64,000 bases of DNA from Podarcis muralis (Eukaryota). Positions 23,901 through 34,400 of the stretch are shown piece after piece (within the stretch, counting starts at the first letter, position 1; every line of letters begins with the position of its first letter). Where the stretch lies: the NCBI RefSeq assembly GCF_964188315.1, contig NC_135669.1, forward strand, positions 30,814,001 through 30,878,000, written 5' to 3'. The notes under the pieces were generated by a model. It was not told the DNA's origin. It did no database searches and saw only the letters and a program-made list of their open reading frames with translations. A program made the position numbers and the translations under genes.

Positions 23901-24070
23901 CTTGGCGCCGCCCTCCTGCTCTGCTCTCCTCCTCCTCCAGGAGCTGCCCGGCTTCTGCTTCGCTATTGGCGGCGCGCGGCGCAAATACAGCCCTCCCCCG
24001 GGTTGCGTCATAGAGCCATCACCCCCTCCCTCGCCGCAGGGTTGCCATAGCAATGCGTTTGCCAAGGCCT
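23490..24070 (-). promoter_or_regulatory. CpG island / promoter of the NUPR2-like gene
   Basis: Very GC/CpG-rich; CCAAT on - strand (ATTGG 23965-23969); TGACGCAA on - strand (24003-24010); near-perfect RFX X-box GTTGCCATAGCAAT (24041-24054). Confidence 0.65.
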
Positions 24071-24438
24071 AGTGTGAAGCAGGCCCGGTCTTTGCCAACC
24101 TGGTGCCCTCCAGGTGTTTTTGGACCACAGTTCTCATCAGCCACCTCGCAGTCCAAAACACCGGGGGGGGGGGGATCAGTTAGCTACCCTGGGCTTGTGC
24201 TGTCATAGCAGGTCCGCTATACATATCATATAAAAAGCTGCACATGAACATTGCAAATAAATTTTATTTTATTATTCTATATTATTGTAGCCTTATGAGG
24301 CTTTGCCGTCGGGTGGGTAAAATATTGCGCCCGGGAAAGGGAAGTGAGAGTCAACAGACACTCAAGGAAGAGTTTCAGAGAAAAAGCTTTATTTCTACCA
24401 TCCACGAACTGGTAGAAGGAGCAAGTGTGATAACTCAC

Positions 24439-24545
24439 AAAAAGCATGTATGTGCACAAACATATATACCCCTCAAAAAGCATGTATGTGCACAAACATA
24501 TATACCCCTCAAAAAGCATGTATGTGCACAAACATATATACCCCT
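24439..24545. repeat. 36-bp minisatellite x3
   Basis: Unit AAAAAGCATGTATGTGCACAAACATATATACCCCTC; near-perfect copies. Confidence 0.95.
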
Positions 24546-25307
24546 TCCAGTTCCCTCCCCCTTTCTCCTTCTTCCATTGCTTTTATTATCATTACATTTT
24601 TGCATGATAGATAGATGAGATAAATGAAATTATATATATATGTCTGACTCGGGAAATAAATAAAATGTCATTTTATCATTACATATTATCATTACATTTA
24701 TTATTATTTGAACATATTTATATATGATGTTACTCTATTTTTGTATAATTATTTAAATCCATTTGATACCACCTTTTATTAAGAAATAACCCCAAGGTGG
24801 TTTACAATGATAACAATTCAATGAAGATATAAAACGTTGATCTATTTAGAACAATTCTTAACATTTTTTTAAAGTAGGAGATGAATTTTTAAACTTTATT
24901 TAAAGCCATTGTCATCTCTCCTTTCATTAAGAATAACTCCAAGGTGGTTCACAATAATGATGCAAAATCATTCTCTAAAAACATAAAACATTTATTTATT
25001 GGCGGTGGGGAGCACAAGCCACTTAAAGTGGTGAATATCACAAAAAGTACAGTAGCCAAGAATCATTCAAACTGCTAGCAGTGGCCAGGAATTCCCTGGC
25101 CAAAAGGTGGCAAAAGAGCCTATTACATTCCTCACTACGGAGATTACATTCAAAAAAGATGTGACCCAAAGTTTTGACAACTTCACCTCTACAGGGACAC
25201 AGATGACCCTCCTATGGGACAGCTCAGTAACACCTTTCCAATATTGTGGAAGGGAGACAGTTAGATCTGGCCTGGCAATATTTGGGGATTGTCAGATTAT
25301 TTAGATA

Positions 25308-26108
25308 CAAAAGGCTTGGCGATAACAAACAAGATGAACTTTAACAGGGAGAAATGTAAAGTATTGCACTTGGGCAAAAAAAATGAGAGGCACAAATACA
25401 AGATGGGGGACACCTGGCTTGAGAGCAGTACATGTGAAAAGGATCTAGGAGTCTTGGTTGACCACAAACTTGACATGAGCCAACAGTGTGACGCGGCAGC
25501 TAAAAGAGCCAATGCAATTCTGGGCTGCATCAATAGGAGTATAGCATCCAGATGAAGGGAAGTAATAGTGCCACTGTATTCTGCTCTGGTCAGACCTCAC
25601 CTGGAGTACTGTGTCCAGTTCTGGGCACCACAGTTCAAGAAGGACACTGACAAACTGGAACGTGTCCAGAGGAGGGCAACCAAAATGGTCAAAGGCCTGG
25701 AAACGATGCCTTATGAGGAACGGCTAAGGGAGCTGGGCATGTTTAGCCTGGAGAAGAGGAGGTTAAGGGGTGATATGATAGCCATGTTCAAATATATAAA
25801 AGGATGTCACATAGAGGAGGGAGAAAGGTTGTTTTCTGCTGCTCCAGAGAAGCGGACACGGAGCAATGGATCCAAACTACAAGAAAGAAGATTCCACCTA
25901 AACATTAGGAAGAACTTCCTGACAGTAAGAGCTGTTCGACAGTGGAATTTGCTGCCAAGGAGTGTGGTGGAGTCTCCGTCTTTGGAGGTCTTTAAGCAGA
26001 GGCTTGACAACCATATGTCAGGAGTGCTCTGATGGTGTTTCCTGCTTGGCAGGGGGTTGGGCTCGATGGCCCTTGTGGTCTCTTCCAACTCTATGATTCT
26101 ATGATTCT
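25308..26108 (+). mobile_element. 5'-truncated CR1 LINE (ORF2 RT C-terminal part + 3' tail)
   Basis: Translates to [64 protein letters not shown]; one in-frame stop at ~25553; (ATTCTATG)n tail. Confidence 0.95.
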
Positions 26109-26177
26109 ATATTTGGGGATAGTCAAATTATTCAGATATCTAGCATACCTAGGAAATTCCAATGTTGAATCAAGATA

Positions 26178-26386
26178 CAGTGGTACCTCGGGTTACATAC
26201 GCTTCAGGTTACAGACTCTGCTAACCCAGAAATATTGCCTCAGGTTAAGAACTTTGCTTCAGGATGGGAACAGAAATCGTGCTCCGGTGGCGCAGCAGCA
26301 GCGGAAGGCCCCATTAGCTAAAGTGGTGCTTCAGGTTAAGAACAGACCTCCAGAACGAATTAAGTACTTAACCCGAGGTACCACTG
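26178..26386. mobile_element. Tc1/mariner (Tigger-like) MITE, same family and orientation as 20546-20762
   Basis: Identical TIRs, TA TSD, closely similar interior. Confidence 0.9.
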
Positions 26387-27689
26387 TATATCGGAGAGCA
26401 AGTTCTATGGGCGTATGATATAGAATATTGGCAATCCTTTGCCCGATGTGCTGGGAGAATTATTTTGTGTGCAGGGGTAGACCACAGAGAGGCCTAATAT
26501 ATGCAGTTTAATAGTATACTGATGGTTTAAAGTCTAATTTTAGATTCTCCCTCCCCCCATGACAATTCACTTGGCACAGTTGGTCATACTTAGCGGATGG
26601 CGTTGCAGTGCGTCCATAGAATATTCACTCCCATCTTTCTTCCTGTGGTTCAAGGGACAATAAAGTCGCACAAGGGTAGCATTCATGGCTCCAAAGGATG
26701 TCATCAGGACCCTCTTTGTTTCTCTGAACAAAAGGGACTCATAATGCGGAACGGCTGTCCAGCAAGCCCCAGATAGAGCCAAACAACAGGGGACCTACTG
26801 TCTGGATCCAGTGTGTAGATAGTAACTATGCCTGATGTCTTTGAATGCTCTGTCCTTTCAGTATGAGTTAATATAAAGACAGGATGCTGGGAGAGGGGAG
26901 AAAGTTTGACCTAGAAAATACAGAATAATAGAATTGCAGAGTTGGAAGGGACTCTTAGGGTCATCTAGTCAACCTCCTGTTTCCCATGGCTTTTAACTGA
27001 AAAGGCTACTGCTGCATTTTGTTTGTTGAATTTTACAGTACGACTGGCTACATTTAAAGTGACTGAGTTATTGTGATTGAAACTGTATGTTATAGAGACA
27101 TTACAGATTTGCTGTCAATGTAAGCTGCCTTGGGAAGTCTTGGAAGAAGGGTTTGGAAATCTCAGGGATAAATAAATAAAATTGGTTAAACAAGAACTCT
27201 ACAAAACAATATTTATAAAATCTCAAATTCATACATTCAAATAAAAAAGCCACACATTAAAAGTATTTAAGACAAAGGGATTCTGCCTGTTTTTAATTTA
27301 TAATGTTCAAATTGTTGTAACTTGCCCTGGGGCCTGCTGTTGAAGGGTGGCTGATACATTTATTAATAAAAATAAAACTCAAGAGCAGATCAATTAAAAT
27401 GAATGTCTATGACTAATTTAGGTTGGATACAGCTCACTGTCAGAAGCATCAAGAGATAATAATCTAATCGGGCCACGCACTTGCTGGATTAAGTGGTTGA
27501 TAATTTTCAAAATAAGATCATTATCATATTTATCTACTGCATATCCCATATATTTACCAGATGGGAATCTATGCTGCTTACACAATTTAAAACCACACAT
27601 ATAAAATAAGAAAAACTAAACACGTATTGAAAAATAATTAAAAACTGTAGTGGAATAAAAATAATACAAAAAAATTAAAGTAACTCCTT

Positions 27690-28480
27690 GCCAAAGGATT
27701 CGAACTCTCAGCCGCGCCAGAATGTAGCAGTGGAGGACCACGCCCATTGGCTTCCCTTGCCACGCACAAGCCTCGCGATATCCTCCTATCTAAGCGCTGC
27801 TAGCGGTGCGGTGGGTGGGGCCGGACGGTAGGATGAGAGTGGGCGGGGCCATGAGAACGCACGCGCCCGTCGTTCTGATTGGCCGGCTGGCTCCGCGTCT
27901 GAGAGCGCCACGTTCAGAGAGGAGATAGAGAGAAAGGAGGAGGAGGAGGAGAAGCCGCAATAAGAACCCAGGCCGAGGGGCGTGAGGGGGAGGGGGCGTG
28001 GCTCCTCTCAGCCAATAGGTGGGTGGGAGGCAACACGCGCGGGCGTGGCGCGACGTGGTTTGCGTCGTGGCGTGAGCTTGCGCGCGCGCAGGGGCGAGAA
28101 GTCTCCTGCCGGGTCCGCCTAGGCGAGGGCTGGGCTAAGATGGCGGCGCCCGTCCTCCTGCGAGTCTCGGTGCCGCGCTGGGAGCGGGTGGCCCGCTACG
28201 CCGTGTGCCTGGCCGGCATCGCCCTCTCGCTCTACGCCTGCCACCTGGAGCGCGAGAAGGGCCGCGACCTCCACTACCGGGCCCTCTGCGACCTCAGCGA
28301 CCGCGTCCGCTGCTCCGCCGCCATCGCCTCCAGGTCAGGCGGGCCGGGGAGGAGACCCGCTCGGGGGGAGAGGGTGTCCCCGAACGTGTGCAGAGCGCGT
28401 CTGACCTACTCCCCCGCCGCCCCCCGCGAGGGTCTGGCATGGCCTGAGTTATTTGCCTCCACGGTGCGGAAGGGCCCCTG
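27690..28480 (+). promoter_or_regulatory. VKORC1L1 CpG-island promoter
   Basis: Dense CpG; GC boxes (GGGCGG ~27841); CCAAT/ATTGG boxes at ~27744, ~27878 and ~28013; directly upstream of and overlapping exon 1. Confidence 0.8.
28140..28333 (+). CDS. VKORC1L1: VKORC1L1 exon 1
   Basis: ctaagATGG; donor CAG|gtcagg. Confidence 0.96.
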
Positions 28481-31400
28481 AGCATATACAGACCGCACCT
28501 GCCCCTTCTCTCTTTCCAGTGATGCCCCGACGCGTATCTCCTGCTGCTTCCACCTCCTTGGGTGGTTTCGGGTCTTGCTGGGCAGGTGCAGAGGATGCAG
28601 TTCCCATTCTGCCCATACTTGGCCGGGACTGATAGCACCAATGAATTTGGGTGATAAGAGTGGAAGGATTTAGCTGTGGGTAGAGGGTCGGACTGGGAGA
28701 CCAGGGTCCGGGTCTCAACTTGGCCATGAAGCTCATTGTGTGACCTTGGGTGCCAGTCACTGCCTCTCAGCCTGGCCTACCTAACAGGGTTGGTGTGGGG
28801 ATTAAATGAGGAGGGGGGAACCATTTATGCCACCTTGAGCTCCTTGGAGAAAAAGGTGGAAAATAACTGCAATAAGTAAATAAAAAATCTTGGGTCTCAC
28901 CACTATATAACTGCCCTAAGGGGGTGATTAATGCTGACCGACAGGGTTGTAGGTGACAGGTCTTGGAGCAAATATTGGTCACTGCTCTTCGATCTAAGAG
29001 CTCTAGCTCATCATAGGATATTGTGGGAGAGGTTTTGTGGACAAGAGTGTGCTTCATCAGATATGTGAAGTGGTCTTAGTTACCAGACAGAAACATTACA
29101 AGAGTGTGAGGCCAACAGACCACCTGTGTACATGAGAGAGGATACTGTACATATCACATAGGAAGAGGAGAAGGTATCAAAAGAGTAAAATACCCAGTCA
29201 GATTGGGTGTAGCCTTCCATAAGATGAACAATATCTGCTAACACCTAAATTGTTGCATTCTGGAATTTCTGCTGAGGTCACTTGGTGACAATTCTGCAAC
29301 CACATTATAGTCAAATAACCCCTAAGATTAGCATGAAGAATTCCTGTCCTACAGGGAGTGGTTTTAGGGTGTGCATTTTGTGGAGAAACTTAAGTAAATT
29401 GATAAAACTTTTAACCTGAGGACAGGGACTGATCTTTGTAGTTCTTCTGATCTACTACAGTGGTACCTTGGTTTGCATACGTTTGGGATTACAAACACTT
29501 CAAAACCCGAAGTGTGTGTCCCTGTTTGCAACCTTTTTTTGGATTACAACCCTTTTTTTTTTTTTTTTTTTTTTGAGGCCCCATTGGCGAAAGCGCGCCT
29601 TAGGTTACAACCTGTTTTGGTTTACAAACGGACCTCTGGAACAGATTATGATTGTAAACCAAGGTACCACTGTATACTGATATTTGTAATGAATTCTGGG
29701 AGCCTTTTTCAACTAAAGAGTGTTGGAAGATTCAAATGTTGGAAGATTCAGTTACTGAGCCAAGTTGTGTTGGACCTGTTTGGGAACTTTTTCCAGCAGA
29801 GAGTGAGGAGGAGAGGGAAGGCCCTCTATATGTGTTTGGGTTGTTGCATTTGAACAAGTGATCTAGATCTAGACCGTTGGCTGAATGTAGCCTCTTGTTT
29901 TCTCTCCAGACCCTTGGAAGAAATTCTTTTGCAAAGAGGCTTGGGCTCCAGGATAAGAGCTGTGCATGCCAGGAATCTGTATGTGTTGAGCAACATTTTT
30001 GAGTAGGAGAAGGAGTGGCAGTGAATGAGTGCAGGGTGGAAGCAGAGAAGGGGGAAAAATGGGTGAGGCTGTGTTAGCTGACGGGTGTGTGTCTTGGACT
30101 GTTTCGATTTTGGCTTTGATCTACTGTGTGGGTTTAGAATGTCATGACAGGCGACATCCAGCAGGCCTCACTGGGTGGACTGGGTGACCGCTGATAGAAA
30201 TTAGGCTGTGGGGAGGAAGCAGGAGGTGTCAGCTGACAGATTTATTTGGATTGAGACCAAGTTCCGCAGTAACCATGTGTATCATTGTTAAAGCAGGAAC
30301 TTGCATAGTGTCTCAGAAGCTAGCAGGTGGGGTGAGGTTGGGTGTGGGAAATGTTTGGGAGGTAAGGTTGGAAAGGTTTATTGTGGAGTGTGGGTTTGGG
30401 CAAGCAGCAGTGGGAAAGGAGCTTGTCAGGTTGAGGGATGAATTAAATGCGCTTATCCAGATAATGTCAAAGAACCTTGTTTATTATGCAGATACAGCCT
30501 GTGTTCCTACAAAAGCATTTCCCACCCAATAGTAAGAGAACTCAGTTCTGTCTTGATCTCCACTGGTGAAAGAGGCCCCAGTACAGGGCAGTTTGAGGCA
30601 TTGTTAAGCCTTCGGCTCTCTTGGAGATCATTCTCCTAATGCAGTGGGTTTGCTCAAAGCTACAAATTCCATTCTCCCAAACTCTCATGCATTTATTACT
30701 GCCTTGTATTTATCAGTAATATTGTTGACATCGGTTACAAGGAACTATATGTGGGTGATTTTCAGTGAGCAGATGGGAGGAAGAGAGACAGAGTACTTTG
30801 ACTCGCCTCTCATGGGAAGCACAACTATGCAGTGGGCCAGTGCAAGCAGAACAGAGCTTTCCAGGCCTCCTCCACCAGGCTAGTACATACTTTTGCAGGC
30901 AAGTGGTTTTTCCTCTTTTATGCAGATATCCCCCAGGTTCTGCACCAAAGTCCAGTGCGTTATATTGACACTCTGCATTTTGCCACAGTGCTAGCTTGCT
31001 TGGTGTCATAATACTTTAATCCTTTTCAAAAAGATTTTGTAAATTCCTTGTGCTTTCATAGGGAATTGTGATCCACTTCCTAGAGCCAGAAGTCTTGTGC
31101 ATGCTCCCTAATACCATGGACTTTTATCAGACATGCTATAGATTTTGCAATATTCAGATACAGTTTTCACCACATTTTGAGCAATTCAGTGAAATAGATT
31201 CACTTTTTTTTAAAAAAAAGACACAGCCTGTGCAAAAACTTCAACTTGGTTTTAAAGCCCTTTGTCTATCTTATGGTAATGGGGAGTGTTGTCAGACAAG
31301 AGGCTTACTAAACATCATAAGACCCCAGAGGAAATCTTATTTGTGTGAAAGATTTTCATCAGTACACTAGCAGTCTCAGAAAGTCTCAGTTTTACACTGT

Positions 31401-34400
31401 TGCTATTTATCATATTGACTTCCTGATAGTTTGGCAGGCAACAGCTAGGGGTTTTTTGCCTGTATTGTGTGGAGGCTGGATTGACAGCTCATTCCTGTTG
31501 TGACAGGGTAGGGACCCTGTGGTTTGTTTTGTCAAACAAATCCCTCAAGTAAAAGCATATTTTCTCCACTCCTTAACAATAGTGTGCTGTTTTATCTTTT
31601 TAGTTATACTTTGAACTGAGTTTCCCAACCCATTGCCACGATGACCTTCAGCTCCTATTAGCTGCTAGGCTTCCTGACCTTTCTGATTGACCTCTCCTGC
31701 CTCTTTTCCCGTCACATCTTTCCCTGCTGCCCTGCTTATTGAGCATTGCTTGATTCCTAGCTGTTGTTTGCCAGAGTTGGCCAGTAGACAACTGATAGAG
31801 TGAGTCGTGGCACAGTAGGATTAGCTTGGCATGCAGGACAGTGTAGAGTCCACCCAGAGGGTCAGTTGAAAGCTAGAGCACTGCCAGGTCAGGGGCTGGC
31901 CCAGCAAGCCCATCTAAAGACTGCTGTGATGTGGCTGAAACGAAAGAGAAGCTAGCAGACTGGAGGAACAACAGTTCAGTTGGTTAGAGCACGATGCTGA
32001 TCATGCCAGGTCACAGGTTCAATCCCCCATATGGGACAGCTGCATATTCCTCCATTGCAGGGGGTTGTACTAGATGATCCTCAGGGTCCCTTCCAACTAC
32101 TATTCTACTATATAGCTTGGCAAAGATACAGGCTCTGGGGAAGGGCCATAACACAGGGATGGAGCATCTACTTTGCATGCAGAAGGTCCCAGGCCCAATC
32201 CCCAGCACTCCCAGGTAGACCTGGGAAAACACCTAACTTGAAATGCCAGTCGTTGTTGACAGTACTGAGCTGGATGGACCAGAGGTGTGACTTTATATGA
32301 GGCAGTTTGCTGTGTCACTGTTGTCCCAACACCCACCCCAAGAAGGAACATTTTCATTCATTTCATTAGCTGATGTGTTTGAAGCACATTGTTGCTCCTG
32401 CAAGGGAACTCCCTGAACATTGCAGGGGTCACAGGTCAAGATATGCTCCTCTGGCAGAGCTGAGCAGGAGATCTTGTGCACTGCTGGATGAATATCATTC
32501 TTCTTTTTGCCTTAATTGCAGCCAGATATGAAATTTGATGCCCTGGTAATAATTAGCAGCAATATGGCACAGCTAAAGGGAATCAGTAATCTGGAGACTG
32601 GAAAACTAGAAGGAATGATTGATTTAACTATTTCTTAAGACCTCCTTCATTGTGCTGTGCAAGGATGTCTTCTGCTCAGAATCCCCCTCCAACTTTTTCA
32701 GATGGCACACAAAGTTGTCTTGCTTCTCATTTGGGACTGGAGAAGACCCAGGTGTGTCGTTGTCTAGAAACAGTGGAATTTTTCATGTCGTGTCTTCTGG
32801 CTAGTTCCTGGAAAATCAATCTTTTTTGGAAGCTGGCTCCCAGAGCAGGTGTGCTAGATTTAAACATACAAGGTGTTCTAAGATTTTCACAATTAAACTA
32901 TAGAAGTACTGTTGTTGTTTAGTCGTTCAGTCGTGTCCGACTCTTCGTGACCCCATGGACCAGAGCACGCCAGGCACTCCTGTCTTCCACTGCCTCCCGC
33001 AGTTTGGTCAGTACTGTACTGTACGGGACCTTAAATATACTGCCTAAATTGCTGTCAACTCCACTGTGTTCAAGGTAAAGCTGGATGCTTGCTGGAAGAA
33101 AGGAAGTCATTCTAGCAGGTGTAAGCGTAGGAAAGTTACTTGCCTTCCTCTCCACACATGCTGTATGTTAGCCATTTGTGGCGTTAAAAGGAGCCAAGCT
33201 TTCTCTGCATGGTGGCCTAGAGATGAGATTGTTCATCATAGGGGACCAGGCAACTGATTTATTTTCTGCCCTTTTCTACAGTTGAAGTTAGTGGACTTTG
33301 CATTAATCACATATGGAATTTCTGTTGGGGTGTGTGTGTGTCAGGTGTTTAACCTTGGCAGCTCCCTGCACATTCTCCTGAAATATTTGCTAGCAGACGT
33401 ACCTTCTGTAGGTGAAATGTTTTCTGAAGTTGTGTAATGTTTTAGAATACTTTTTCCCAAACGCATCATGGGTTGGGCATTTGTGTGCTTAGGTGGTGAT
33501 TAGCAGTGGTTTCCCAGTTTGGAATTGGGTAATGTGGGTGAAACTTGAACGGGAGTGTGAGAAAATCCTTATCTTGTACAGGAAGCCTTCCTTAAAGTTA
33601 GGCACTCATTGCACTTGGAACCTAAGAAAAGCACTACAGCTGGATCGTGCCAATAGGGGCGTATTAGTCCAACATACTGTTCCCACAGCAGGTAACCAGA
33701 TGCCCCTGTGGGGAGTCTGCAGGCAGGACCTGACTGCAACACCACCCTCCATGGTTTGTGATTCTTATCCTCAAGCCCAGCTCAGGCAGAAGTGGAGGGC
33801 CAAGGATCATATCCAGTTTTAGTCATACTCAGAGTAGAGCTACTGGAGTTAATAGAAGTGGTTAATGTAGAGCCACTAATTTCAATAGGTCTCCTCTGAG
33901 TAGAACTTTGATACAGTCTTGAACTCGCCCCCTGCTTTGGATGGCATTAAAACAGGATTAGAGAAATTCATGGCAGCAAAGAGGGCTACTAGCCAGGATG
34001 GCTCTGCTCTGCTTTCACAGTTGGAGGCACCAATTCTCCTGAATACAAGTTGCTGGAAACCCCAGGATGGGAGAGTGCTGCTATGCTCGAATCCTGCTTG
34101 CGGGTTTGGCACCTGATTGGTCATTGTGAGAAGAGGGTCTCTGGACTAGATGGGCCATTGGCCTGATTCAGCAGGCTTTTCTTACGTTCTTATGAACCCC
34201 TTTGCCAGCCCTGCCCAATTTAACAAACTCAAATTTGTGCATGGCCCATTCATGGCCTCGCTGGCTACATTACAGTGCAAAAGGACTTGCTAATAGCTGG
34301 TGCTGCTCATCTGAAACCTGAGTGATTCTTTTAAGGGCAAGTTACATTTCATCTGATGTAAAACCAAAACAAAACAACCACAAAAAACTCCAATCCAAAA

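Noticed and set aside
23363-24072. Overlapping long ORFs in other frames and strands (23363..23893 -, 23536..24072 +, 23661..24050 +) and the upstream starts of 23367..24065
   Set aside because: Stop-poor GC-rich CpG island; only one frame carries the p8 motif, and the upstream part overlaps promoter motifs.
24439-24545. Possible CRISPR-like array (36-bp repeats); also the 140-bp units at 56961-57300
   Set aside because: The repeats are head-to-tail with no unique spacers, the context is eukaryotic and there are no cas genes.
24244-24618. ORF with KKHVCAQTYIPL repeats
   Set aside because: It is the translation of a 36-bp minisatellite, with no other coding evidence.
25289-26032. Active reverse transcriptase gene
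   Set aside because: 5'-truncated CR1 that lacks the endonuclease and most of the RT core and has an in-frame stop.
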